Part shown: one piece after another, positions 28,896-38,506 of the stretch
Layout of the letters: each line of letters starts with the position of its first letter
How positions within the stretch are numbered: the stretch's first letter is position 1
IMG/VR virus record: IMGVR_UViG_3300030102_006934
Location: 248,001-312,000 of that record
Reading direction: 5' to 3' (one strand)
DNA: 64,000 nt
Position numbers and translations under genes: made by a program
The notes under the pieces: generated by a model
What the model was told of the DNA's origin: nothing
What the model saw: only the letters and a program-made list of their open reading frames with translations
Database searches by the model: none

Positions 28896-30011
28896 ATGGC
28901 TTTTGAAGAAGTAAGTACAGCAGGATTTAAAACTTATCTAACTAGATATGGCATTTCTAGGTTACTAGATCCTAAAGGTAATTTTGATATAAAATATTTT
29001 AGTTTAACCGATGAAGGTATAAATTATGAACAGACAGTAGATTCATCTGTCTTAGTTTCATCAGTAAATGGTGAAGATTTAAAAACATTATACAATGGTG
29101 GTGAGATTTTAGATTTTATCGGTAATGAAAAAGACGAAGAAACTAGTGAAATGACGATAAGTAAGTCAGAAATTGTTTTTGTTAATGATTGTGACAATTT
29201 GGAGTATAAGAATCTAGATGTAACAGTTTATTTAGGTAATTATTTACAAAATTTAAGAGATACTAACTCTAATATAGAAAATGTATCTAGAGGTTATGAA
29301 CCTTTCATTAGGTTATACGATTTTGTCAATGTTTATGAATATACTGAGAATGCTTTTGGTGAGTATAAACTTTGGGATACTAAAAATTATAATTTAAATT
29401 ACGTTTTTGAAAATGACAGTGATTATAATAACTACAAGACTTTCGTAAATACGTTTGTCTCAAAAGTAGGCACAAACGCTAAAGTTAATTACGACACCAA
29501 TAGATTTAAATCACCCTTTCAATTAACAATAGGTAGTCATAAATCTAATACAACTAATACGGTAACACAAAATGGTGGACTAACCATTCAATTATACCCA
29601 GTAAACAACATTGTCTATAGAACTGATACAAGTGATGTTCAAATACAAAATTTAAATGAGAATTCGTATGAAACCAATAAAAATATCATACCTTCAGTTA
29701 ATTTTAATGGGGTGAACCATAATATTAAAATGGATAGAAACGTTGTTTACAGAGATAATGTTAATCTACCTATTTTTAGGTTTGATAATCTATTAGAATC
29801 TGGTATTACTGCTGCTAAGAATATGTTTGAGTTTTATGGTGTTGACTCCGCTTCAGATTCCAATGTTAAAGTCATTACAATAAACATGGAGGTTATGGTT
29901 AATGACGATACTTTTAAACCAAGACCCGCTAAATTAAAGTTAAATTTAACATTAGATTTAAATGAATCAAATTGGGTGGGTACTAACGATTTTACAAAAA
30001 TAAACCAATAA
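28896..30011 (+). CDS. Tail protein with the same N-terminal motif
   Basis: TYLTRYGISRLL..FDIKYFSLTDEGINY. Confidence 0.65.
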   Translation: MAFEEVSTAGFKTYLTRYGISRLLDPKGNFDIKYFSLTDEGINYEQTVDSSVLVSSVNGEDLKTLYNGGEILDFIGNEKDEETSEMTISKSEIVFVNDCDNLEYKNLDVTVYLGNYLQNLRDTNSNIENVSRGYEPFIRLYDFVNVYEYTENAFGEYKLWDTKNYNLNYVFENDSDYNNYKTFVNTFVSKVGTNAKVNYDTNRFKSPFQLTIGSHKSNTTNTVTQNGGLTIQLYPVNNIVYRTDTSDVQIQNLNENSYETNKNIIPSVNFNGVNHNIKMDRNVVYRDNVNLPIFRFDNLLESGITAAKNMFEFYGVDSASDSNVKVITINMEVMVNDDTFKPRPAKLKLNLTLDLNESNWVGTNDFTKINQ

Positions 30012-30015
30012 TAAA

Positions 30016-30324
30016 ATGCAACAAACATATACATTATTTAGTCAAAATTGTACTTCTTGTACACAGTTCGCCAAAGGTGATGAATTAGGGTTAGACCAAG
30101 GAAAAATATACGGTAAAAATATTTTCAATATACCAGATAACTTTACACCTAATTCTGGTTCTGTAAGAGCTACTAACTTTTATGGGTTATCAATTTCAGA
30201 GTTCGGTAGATTTATTTATAAATCAAATAATGAACAGTTTGAGTTACAAAAAATGGCATTCCCAAATGTGGATAGTGTTTACGCCACACGTAAAAATAAT
30301 AAATGGGTGTTAGGTATATCTTAA
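30016..30324 (+). CDS. Hypothetical protein (tail operon)
   Basis: 102-aa ORF. Confidence 0.6.
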   Translation: MQQTYTLFSQNCTSCTQFAKGDELGLDQGKIYGKNIFNIPDNFTPNSGSVRATNFYGLSISEFGRFIYKSNNEQFELQKMAFPNVDSVYATRKNNKWVLGIS

Positions 30325-30344
30325 CAGATAAAAATGAATAAAAA

Positions 30345-31466
30345 ATGAAAAAATTAATAAAACCAATTGATAGTATTAGTTACACTGAGGAAGTGGTTAA
30401 AGATAATTTAAAGACAGTTTCTGGTAGTGACTTAGAGTTTATACTAAGTCCTAAGTCTGGTACCACATATTCACACTTGTGGTTAGGACCCTTATTTAGT
30501 TTACCTGTTAATGATAGGATGCAAAAAGAATTTATAACACCTTATGTAGACGGTGGACTTTCTGGTACATCTTTAGAGTATCTAGTTAAAGAGGTTGGTG
30601 ACAATGTAATTATAGCCAGCATAAGTAAAAATTCTTTTGAATCTGGTATTGATGGTTTGAACTTTAGGTTAAACATTCCACTAGATCCTTCATACAGTGG
30701 TACTAGTTTCTCTGGGTTAAGTACTACATCATTATATGGTTCTTATTTAAAAACAGAACTTTATGATAGAAAAAACACAACAGGACCTTGTTCTTGTTCT
30801 GTTATGGATACCTTGTTGTCAGAAAATTCACAAAAAGTAACGACTGAAATTTCACAAGGGTTATCATTTCAAAAAGGAGTTAATCCTAAAAATAGTAACT
30901 CTTTTTATAGTAGTGGTTTGGTTTATTTATTTTCAGATGATGTTAAAAGACCTAACATAAGTGCTAGTACAGTACCAACAGTAAACTCATGGGCAACAGG
31001 ATTTGGTAGTGAGTGTCCCTATACATTCAATAAAAAATTCCCATTTAATTTAACAACAGACTTAATAAACGGTTATTTTTACGACCAACCAGTCGGTGTT
31101 GTTGATTTATTGGGTGGTAAAGTAACTATATTTAATAAAGACTTAGTTGATGGGTTTAATTTTTCTGGTTCAACTGGTGGTACTAGTACTACTGGAGCCA
31201 CTTTCCCTATTAGTGCCGCTAGTACAAACTTTGTTTCTTACGATGTTGAACAAGGGTTGGATATGACATTAATAGCTGGTAAGAATGAATTTATAACATC
31301 TACTAACCCAACCTATGACCCACAATCTTGTGACGGTAAAATTTACATCACTTATGTTGACTTTTACGATAGTAGTGGTAAATTAGTAGCTAAGGGTGTG
31401 ACAGAAACACCACTTAGTAAAGAAAGAGACGAAATATTAGTGTTAAACGCTAATATCAAGTTATAA
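30345..31466 (+). CDS. Tail protein carrying the C-terminal half motif of 26599
   Basis: F..STNPT..IYITYVDFYDSSGKLVAKG..PLSK..ILVL. Confidence 0.65.
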   Translation: MKKLIKPIDSISYTEEVVKDNLKTVSGSDLEFILSPKSGTTYSHLWLGPLFSLPVNDRMQKEFITPYVDGGLSGTSLEYLVKEVGDNVIIASISKNSFESGIDGLNFRLNIPLDPSYSGTSFSGLSTTSLYGSYLKTELYDRKNTTGPCSCSVMDTLLSENSQKVTTEISQGLSFQKGVNPKNSNSFYSSGLVYLFSDDVKRPNISASTVPTVNSWATGFGSECPYTFNKKFPFNLTTDLINGYFYDQPVGVVDLLGGKVTIFNKDLVDGFNFSGSTGGTSTTGATFPISAASTNFVSYDVEQGLDMTLIAGKNEFITSTNPTYDPQSCDGKIYITYVDFYDSSGKLVAKGVTETPLSKERDEILVLNANIKL

Positions 31467-31485
31467 AGTTTTTAAAATGTTTTAA

Positions 31486-32136
31486 ATGGAATCAAAAAAT
31501 AAACCTGGTAGGGTTTTAGGCTTAGACGTATCAACAAAAACGATTGGTATCGCTCTTTTCGAGGGAAATGGTAAATTACTTGAGTTAACACACATTACAC
31601 CTAAAATTAAACCAAAACCAGAAACCAAACTAGAAGAGTTATTTAAAAAAGTAGATGCTTTTGAAAAATTAATAACTAGATATATTGAACTAGATATTGA
31701 AAGGGTTATTATAGAAGAACCACTTTTAAATAGTAACAATGTTTATACTGTTGGCACACTATTAAAGTTCAACGGTATGATATCTAAAGTTGTATCCGAA
31801 GTTTTAAATGTTATACCAGACTTTGTATCTTCTTACGATGCTAGAGCTTATTCCTTCCCAGAATTAATGGAAATAAGAAAGTTTAATAAAAAAGGTGAAC
31901 CTTACCCAGAAAAAGAAATAAAAAAGAAAAAACCAGTTTTATTCGGTGGTTACCCTTGGGATGTGGACAAAAAAAATATTATTTTGGAAAAAGTGGCAGA
32001 CTTAGAACCACAGATTGTTTGGGAGTACACTAAAAACAATACTCTTAAAAAAGAAAACTTTGATATGACCGATGCATACACTTGTGTTAGAGCGGTTATG
32101 TGTAAAGACGGTTTGTGGAACTGTAACCAAAACTAA
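31486..32136 (+). CDS. RuvC-like Holliday junction resolvase
   Basis: VLGLDVSTKTIG, IIEEP and FDMTDAY acidic catalytic pattern. Confidence 0.8.
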   Translation: MESKNKPGRVLGLDVSTKTIGIALFEGNGKLLELTHITPKIKPKPETKLEELFKKVDAFEKLITRYIELDIERVIIEEPLLNSNNVYTVGTLLKFNGMISKVVSEVLNVIPDFVSSYDARAYSFPELMEIRKFNKKGEPYPEKEIKKKKPVLFGGYPWDVDKKNIILEKVADLEPQIVWEYTKNNTLKKENFDMTDAYTCVRAVMCKDGLWNCNQN

Positions 32137-32179
32137 ACACCCCCTTTATTATTTAAAATAAATTTATTATACTTGTACT

Positions 32180-33145
32180 ATGGCTGAGAACAGACTCATT
32201 TATGGTATATTGATAGATGTTTTAGGTAGACCTAAAAAAAAGAACGAATCAAAGCAACAATTTGCCTTTGATTGTCCAGTGTGTTCCGCTGAAAAAGGCG
32301 AATGTGATGGTGACGGTAAAGGTAACCTAGAGGTTAATTTAGCTGAAGGTTTATATCATTGTTGGGCTTGTGGTGACATAAATGGTACCAAAGGGGGGTT
32401 AAAAAAATTATTTAAATCTTTTGCTAACCCAAACCAAATCAAAAAATTAAAAATGATTGGTTTTGATTTAAGTAGTTTCAAAACCAAAGTAAAAGAAAAA
32501 AATGTAATAGACAACCTAATATTACCAAAGGGGTATATTAGTTTTGAAGAGGGTAATCCCAAGTCTCTACTATATAAACAAGCTTGGAATTATTTAACGA
32601 AAGAAAGAAAGATAGACCCTAAGTTAATTATAAAAAGAAAAATGGGTTTTGTTAATGGTGGTCAGTATGATTCTAGGGTTGTAATACCTTCTTATGATAT
32701 TAATGACGAACTCAATTATTGGGTAACTAGAACTTATGTTAATGCTAGACCTAAATATTTAAACCCAGACTCAGATAAAGAACAAATAATATTTAATGAG
32801 TGTTGTTTAAATTGGGATTCTGATGTATATTTAGTTGAGGGACCTTTCGATCATATGGTGGTCTACAATTCAATACCAATACTAGGTAAAAAAATATCTG
32901 ATAAGTTAATGGCTTCACTATTTAACAAAACTAGTGCTAACATAATAATTTTATTAGATTCTGACGCTTGGTTGGATGCTAAAAAACATTATGCTAAATT
33001 AAACGTGGGTAGATTGTTTGGTAGGGTTAAAATAATTAGATTAAAAGAAGGTTATGACATAGCTAAAATCCAAGAGGAGTATGGTCGTGAGGGTGTGATT
33101 AAAACTATGAAGACCTCTTTCCATTTAAAAGAAAGTGAATTATAA
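32180..33145 (+). CDS. DNA primase (Zn-finger + TOPRIM)
   Basis: CPVC..YHCWAC, YLTKERKI, RVVIP, PKYLN, LVEGPFD, LDSDA; TATACTTG at 32168. Confidence 0.9.
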   Translation: MAENRLIYGILIDVLGRPKKKNESKQQFAFDCPVCSAEKGECDGDGKGNLEVNLAEGLYHCWACGDINGTKGGLKKLFKSFANPNQIKKLKMIGFDLSSFKTKVKEKNVIDNLILPKGYISFEEGNPKSLLYKQAWNYLTKERKIDPKLIIKRKMGFVNGGQYDSRVVIPSYDINDELNYWVTRTYVNARPKYLNPDSDKEQIIFNECCLNWDSDVYLVEGPFDHMVVYNSIPILGKKISDKLMASLFNKTSANIIILLDSDAWLDAKKHYAKLNVGRLFGRVKIIRLKEGYDIAKIQEEYGREGVIKTMKTSFHLKESEL

Positions 33146-33369
33146 TGGGTTTAAGAGTTGATTACATAATAAAAAGACCAAGAGGTAAAATGACCTATAG
33201 AATATTAGACATAATTTATATTGATGGTGTAAAGTTTTTTAATCTAAAAAATATGATAAATGGTAAGGTTTACCATACTAGAGCAGAAGATAATTGGCAA
33301 TACTATGGTAGGGTATATGATACTATTGAACCTCAAAAAACATTTCCTAAATTTAACTTTAAAAAATGA
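33145..33369 (+). CDS. Small hypothetical protein
   Basis: Coupled ORF ending PQKTFPKFNFKK. Confidence 0.65.
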   Translation: MGLRVDYIIKRPRGKMTYRILDIIYIDGVKFFNLKNMINGKVYHTRAEDNWQYYGRVYDTIEPQKTFPKFNFKK

Positions 33370-33575
33370 GTTTTAATAAAAAATATATCAACAAAGAAGC
33401 TTTAATAGAGAGGTTTAAACTAGAAGGATACCAAGGTGTTATTAGTTACATCGGAAAGGCGGATGCTATAATAGGTTTAACAGACGATTTGGAAGAAATA
33501 TTAGACATCAGCCATCGTGATATTTGCCCAACACAAAAAAACGATAAAATTAAGAAAATAATAAATGGCGAGTAA
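33366..33575 (+). CDS. Small hypothetical protein
   Basis: ATGA-coupled 69-aa ORF. Confidence 0.65.
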   Translation: MSFNKKYINKEALIERFKLEGYQGVISYIGKADAIIGLTDDLEEILDISHRDICPTQKNDKIKKIINGE

Positions 33576-34332
33576 AAGAGAATCAAAGGTTTGGTTAGAA
33601 CCAGAAGAACATGTTTATATACATAAAGACACTGAGGTTAAATATAAATCTGTTACAACAGTTCTTTCTTTATTGGAACCCCATTTTGATACGGAGGGTG
33701 TTGCTAGAGCAATATCCTTACAATCGGATGAAGATAAAAAACCAGAATATATTGGAATGTCCAAGGAAGAAATATTAACTGAGTGGGAACGTATTAATCG
33801 TGAAGCTAATGAGTATGGTACTGAGGTTCACGAAATACTAGAAAGATATTTGTTGGCAGATAGAATATATATTCCCCAAAGTGATTATGAAAAAGAGATT
33901 ATAACAAAGTTTCAAAAAATAGATCCAATGACTACAGGTGTCGTTTATCCCGAAACAATACTTTTTTCAGAAAAACACTCTTTAGCTGGGACAGCTGATA
34001 TAATAGAGGATTGTGGTAACCATTTTAATGTATGGGATTTTAAGACAAATAAAAAATTAAACTATATCTCACAATATGGACAATGGTTAAAAAAACCAGT
34101 ATCACACTTATCAGATTGTCAGTTTAATGTTTATGCGTTACAAATGTCAATTTACGCATATATGTTTCAAATGGAAACTAGAAAGAAAGTGGGTAGGATG
34201 GCTTTATTTTATCTTAACCCAGAAAAAGACTATGAGTTTGAGGTAATACCTGTTAATTATATGGGGTATGAAGCTAAAAAAGTTTTAGATTTTTGGTTGG
34301 AAAAACAAGAAAAAGATGGTAAAAAAGTTTAA
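33565..34332 (+). CDS. PD-(D/E)XK (Cas4/RecB-like) exonuclease
   Basis: YKSVTT, GTEVHEILE, LAGTADII, WDFKT, YALQMSIY. Confidence 0.85.
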   Translation: MASKRESKVWLEPEEHVYIHKDTEVKYKSVTTVLSLLEPHFDTEGVARAISLQSDEDKKPEYIGMSKEEILTEWERINREANEYGTEVHEILERYLLADRIYIPQSDYEKEIITKFQKIDPMTTGVVYPETILFSEKHSLAGTADIIEDCGNHFNVWDFKTNKKLNYISQYGQWLKKPVSHLSDCQFNVYALQMSIYAYMFQMETRKKVGRMALFYLNPEKDYEFEVIPVNYMGYEAKKVLDFWLEKQEKDGKKV

Positions 34333-34717
34333 CGAAGAAGATTTTATATTCTACAATAAAGTACAATTATTTATGTGGAGATGTTGGGGGGTTTATCGTA
34401 AGGATAAAGACTCAAGTGTTAATGAAAAATTAAACACAATGTCTACATGGTTTTTGGAGTTATTTCCAGAAGTGATGAATAGTAGAATTCAAATCTTAGA
34501 TGATAACTTTCTAGAAATACCACTAAATAGGTGTGACGAAACTAATCACCATATAGTATATATGAGTATCCAACACACCAACCGACTTGAAGTCGTTTTG
34601 TTACGTTTTGATCTAAGAGAGAGCCCAAACGAACACCAATTAACAAATATATGTTGGGTCGATGAAATATCTGATCGACCTAAATATGCTTATAAAAAAA
34701 CACCTAAAGTATTTTAA
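34316..34717 (+). CDS. Hypothetical protein
   Basis: 133-aa overlapping ORF. Confidence 0.6.
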   Translation: MVKKFNEEDFIFYNKVQLFMWRCWGVYRKDKDSSVNEKLNTMSTWFLELFPEVMNSRIQILDDNFLEIPLNRCDETNHHIVYMSIQHTNRLEVVLLRFDLRESPNEHQLTNICWVDEISDRPKYAYKKTPKVF

Positions 34718-34783
34718 TATTATTTTAAGTATTTAAAGTTTAATTTATTTTACTTATTATTAAAAAAAAAGATTAATAAAACA

Positions 34784-36043
34784 ATGAAGTATTCAAATCC
34801 AAATCAACTAAGTCTATTTCCAGATTATTTCGGAGAAGATGAAAACCATTTAACAGTAGAGGGTAATATTACTACAGCAGTAGAAAATTACCCAATAATG
34901 GATCCAGAATCACCCTTTCAGTTTTCAGAACAAGAGACTTTCGATATTAGAGATAGTTTTGTCAATTTCTATCAAGGATTAAATACAATACAAGATTATT
35001 TTTTATCTAGGAAAAAAGAAAAGATAGTTGGTATTGACCACAATAAATATACACATTTAATGTTTGACAACTACGATATCGAACCCAAGGACATGGAGTT
35101 TGACATTGAAGTGATGACAGGTACAGAATTCAACCCAATAGTACAGATTGTAACATCATTACCACTAGAATCACAAATAGGTAGACAAATATCTTTAGCT
35201 GTTAAAGAAAGAAATAGTGGTAAGTATGTTGGTTTTGTAAGAGTAGCATCACCAGTACTAACTATTAAACCTAGAAATAATTATTTTGGCGAAACTTTAC
35301 AAGCGACTGAGGTAAATAGACACATGATAAACGGAGCGATAATAGTACCAGTTCAACCATTTGGGTTTAACTACTTGGGTGGTAAATTATTGGCTGCTAT
35401 AGCTTGTTCACACAAAGTAAGACGAATGTTAAAAGAAAAATATGGTGAAAAAATAGAACCTTGTTTTTTTGAGACCACTTCTTTGTATGGTGACATGAAG
35501 GGTGTTAGTCAATACGATGGCATGAAACCCAGAATAAGGTATCAAGACATGACAGAATCTAATTTATTTTTGTTCCCAACGGAAGAAGTTTACGCACCAA
35601 TTAGAACAAGAATGCGACATTTTTATGGTAAAGAGGAGTGGAGAGGAAATATTATTGACCCAATACCTTCTGGACCTAAAATGAGAGAGTTTAATAAAGC
35701 TATTTCTATATTAAAAAACCATCTAAAACATTATGATGAGGAATCATATAAGGAATTTTTAGAATTTACAAAAACTAATATGAAAGCTAAAACTAAGAAA
35801 AGGTATTACTACTCAAACTTTGGTTTTGATAATGTCAAGGAACACATTACTTCTGGTGGGGAAACACCACTCCAAAAAGGCCAAAACTACCATAAACACG
35901 AAATAGAACATATTCTTGAATGGTGGAAGAAAAAAGCACAGAAAAGATATGATAAACTTAAGGTCGATGGTCGGTTAAGAAGAGAGATAGAGGTATATAC
36001 TGAAGATAGTATAGACAATAATGTGGTAGATATGGTAAGATAA
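34784..36043 (+). CDS. DUF4338/Druantia DruA-like (Mom-related GNAT fold) protein
   Basis: VKERNSGKYVGFVRVASP..RN, IVPVQPFGFNYLGGKLLA..ACS, FETTSLYG..SQYDG. Confidence 0.7.
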   Translation: MKYSNPNQLSLFPDYFGEDENHLTVEGNITTAVENYPIMDPESPFQFSEQETFDIRDSFVNFYQGLNTIQDYFLSRKKEKIVGIDHNKYTHLMFDNYDIEPKDMEFDIEVMTGTEFNPIVQIVTSLPLESQIGRQISLAVKERNSGKYVGFVRVASPVLTIKPRNNYFGETLQATEVNRHMINGAIIVPVQPFGFNYLGGKLLAAIACSHKVRRMLKEKYGEKIEPCFFETTSLYGDMKGVSQYDGMKPRIRYQDMTESNLFLFPTEEVYAPIRTRMRHFYGKEEWRGNIIDPIPSGPKMREFNKAISILKNHLKHYDEESYKEFLEFTKTNMKAKTKKRYYYSNFGFDNVKEHITSGGETPLQKGQNYHKHEIEHILEWWKKKAQKRYDKLKVDGRLRREIEVYTEDSIDNNVVDMVR

Positions 36044-36063
36044 TAAACTAAAAAAAAAATACG

Positions 36064-36288
36064 ATGAAAGAAAGATTATTAAAAATGTTACAAGCGAAAG
36101 CTATTGAAAAAAGAGAAAAAGCTTTAACAAGTTTAGAGTTGTTAATGAATAATTCAGTTGGTATTGGAGACCATTCGACAGATGACTTCTACAAAAACGT
36201 AGAAGAAGCATTTGAAAACCTATCAGAAGCAGATGACATGTTAGAGACTTTAGAAAAATACGATTGGAATAACATAGAAGAGATGTAA
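36064..36288 (+). CDS. Small conserved-looking phage protein
   Basis: Helical hairpin with VGIGDH motif. Confidence 0.65.
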   Translation: MKERLLKMLQAKAIEKREKALTSLELLMNNSVGIGDHSTDDFYKNVEEAFENLSEADDMLETLEKYDWNNIEEM

Positions 36289-36294
36289 TATGAT

Positions 36295-36696
36295 ATGTAT
36301 TTAGAGGTTAAAGAAAGGGGTTCGGGTAAAACAACTAGGTTAATAGATGAAATAGTAGATTTCTTATTAGAAAACGCTGATAAAGTTGCTTTAATAGTCA
36401 CACCACTTAACAGTGAACGCAGGTTTATACAAAAAAAAGTACATGAGAGATGTGGTGATTTATGTTCCAAAAGAACTATAACATCATATAAAATGTTGGA
36501 ACCTTGTGAAACTATAAAACAGTTTGTGGATGAGTTTGATTGTATGTTACCAGAAAGATTATTTTTAGATAAAGAGGCTTATTATAGTACAACAAACTGT
36601 GAAAGTCAAAAATGTAGGGAGATTTCTGATGTATATAAACAAATCAAAACTGGTTCAGTAAAACCAAATAAATTTATTAAAAAACACGAATTATAG
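36295..36696 (+). CDS. Small P-loop-like protein
   Basis: RGSGKTT and FVDEFD within only 133 aa. Confidence 0.55.
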   Translation: MYLEVKERGSGKTTRLIDEIVDFLLENADKVALIVTPLNSERRFIQKKVHERCGDLCSKRTITSYKMLEPCETIKQFVDEFDCMLPERLFLDKEAYYSTTNCESQKCREISDVYKQIKTGSVKPNKFIKKHEL

Positions 36697-36698
36697 AA

Positions 36699-36980
36699 AT
36701 GTATCAAAAATTAAAATGTTGGTTTGATTTTAACTATAATCATTTAGGGTATCAGATAACACCTTGTTATACAACTGAAGATCTAATTACCAAGTTTGAT
36801 GTGTTAAGATTTGGTAGAGAGACTGAAATAAAAGAATTAAATCTAGAAAAAATTATGGATTTTTCTGTTGGTGATAGAGAATTAAGAAAACTTCTTTTTG
36901 ATGCTTTATTTAGACAACATGGTTATAGAGTGGATAATGATTTTACCCCATTAAAAGAAATTAAAGAATTTAAATTATGA
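36699..36980 (+). CDS. Small hypothetical protein
   Basis: 93-aa ORF ending PLKEIKEFKL. Confidence 0.6.
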   Translation: MYQKLKCWFDFNYNHLGYQITPCYTTEDLITKFDVLRFGRETEIKELNLEKIMDFSVGDRELRKLLFDALFRQHGYRVDNDFTPLKEIKEFKL

Positions 36981-37786
36981 TAAAACATTTATACCACTGT
37001 GCAGACATTCACATTAGACTTTATAAAAGACATGATGAATATAGAGAACAGATTCAGAAATTTTTTGATTCTGTAAGGGAACATATGGAAGATAATGAAC
37101 TAACTAGAGAAGAAGTTAGAATTGTTATTGCTGGAGATGTTGTACACTCTAAAAACCAAATGACACCAGAACTAATTAATATTGTTACTTGGTTTTTTAA
37201 AGGTTGTTGTGACATAACAGATACTATTGTTATCTTGGGTAATCATGATTTTTTAGCTAATAACCTAGATAGAATGGATGCTCTCTCACCAATAGTGGAA
37301 ACAATGTGTGATAACAGACTTAAATTTTTAAAACATACAGGGTGTTATGAGGACAATAATATAGTTTGGTGTGTCTATGGTCATATGGAAGGTTCTGAGA
37401 GACCTAACATAGAAGAGGCAAGAGAAAAGTATGGTGAAAAAAAATATGTTGGTTTATATCATGACCCACTTATTGGTTTAAAAACAAATGTTGGTTTTGA
37501 ATTTGAAGAAGCACAAGATATATCAATATTCGATGGTTGTGATTTTGTCTGTTGTGGTGACATCCATTTATATCAAGTAATGAATTATCATGGTATACCC
37601 ATTGTACAACCTAGTTCAATGGTACAACAGGATTTTGGTGAGTCTGTGAACAACCATGGTTATGTTATTTGGGATGTTGAAACAAAAGAACATAAACATA
37701 TCAATATAGAATCAGATTATGGTTTCTATACATTTAAAATAAGTTCAATAGAAGATATTGAAGAAGAAGTGGAAAAGTTGGTATGA
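36977..37786 (+). CDS. Mre11/SbcD/gp47-like metallophosphoesterase nuclease
   Basis: ADIH, AGDVVH, LGNHD, GLYH, GDIH and QQDFGE motifs. Confidence 0.9.
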   Translation: MIKHLYHCADIHIRLYKRHDEYREQIQKFFDSVREHMEDNELTREEVRIVIAGDVVHSKNQMTPELINIVTWFFKGCCDITDTIVILGNHDFLANNLDRMDALSPIVETMCDNRLKFLKHTGCYEDNNIVWCVYGHMEGSERPNIEEAREKYGEKKYVGLYHDPLIGLKTNVGFEFEEAQDISIFDGCDFVCCGDIHLYQVMNYHGIPIVQPSSMVQQDFGESVNNHGYVIWDVETKEHKHINIESDYGFYTFKISSIEDIEEEVEKLV

Positions 37787-38280
37787 GACCTAAAGATTAC
37801 ATAGAAGATATAACCACGTTAACAAATACTTTAACAGAGAGTATGACTTATTCCCAAGACACGGAACTTGATGAGTATGTGGATTTTATATCTGAGTTTT
37901 TAACAGAATTTAGGAATGAAAAAGTTTATGTTACACCTTTACCTTGTTTGGTGATACAACATCCAGAGGGACTGAGAAGGCATTTAATAGATACACCTCA
38001 CAACCTTGTAGATACACCAACTGACAGAACGGTTGTCTCAGAGTTCCATTTTATGGGTAGTTTTGAAACATTAAAACATTCTGTTATACGAGAATTGAAT
38101 TTAAATAAAGAAGTTTTTATTTACAATATACTTCCTTATAGACACATGGATTCAGATGGAGAAATAAGATATGAACCAGTTATGAGATGGACTAGGTTAC
38201 CTTTGGAGATGTGGTATAATGATGTACCCCCTACAGACCCAATTAATATAATAAAAATGATTAAAAAACATAAATTATGA
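37783..38280 (+). CDS. Hypothetical protein
   Basis: 165-aa coupled ORF ending IIKMIKKHKL. Confidence 0.6.
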   Translation: MRPKDYIEDITTLTNTLTESMTYSQDTELDEYVDFISEFLTEFRNEKVYVTPLPCLVIQHPEGLRRHLIDTPHNLVDTPTDRTVVSEFHFMGSFETLKHSVIRELNLNKEVFIYNILPYRHMDSDGEIRYEPVMRWTRLPLEMWYNDVPPTDPINIIKMIKKHKL

Positions 38281-38504
38281 AAATAGGTGACAAAGTAAAA
38301 CTTGAGGACCCAATTAATGGTACCCTAATAGGTATTATAATAGACAAAATAACACCGTCATGTAAATGTAAAGGTAGGGGTGAATGGGTTGTAGACTTCG
38401 AAGATCATGGTAAGAGAAGCATTAAAGTAAAAAATTCTAAGTTAAAAAAATTGGGGGACCCATTTAAGGCTAAACCCAATAAATTAGGTTTTAAATTTAA
38501 TTAA
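38277..38504 (+). CDS. Small SH3/KOW-like hypothetical protein
   Basis: MKIGDKVKL..GIII..WVVDF pattern. Confidence 0.55.
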   Translation: MKIGDKVKLEDPINGTLIGIIIDKITPSCKCKGRGEWVVDFEDHGKRSIKVKNSKLKKLGDPFKAKPNKLGFKFN

Positions 38505-38506
38505 AT

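Noticed and set aside
33565-34332. Cas4-like nuclease as evidence of a CRISPR system
   Set aside because: No array or other cas genes are present; stand-alone PD-(D/E)XK exonucleases are routine in phage replication modules.
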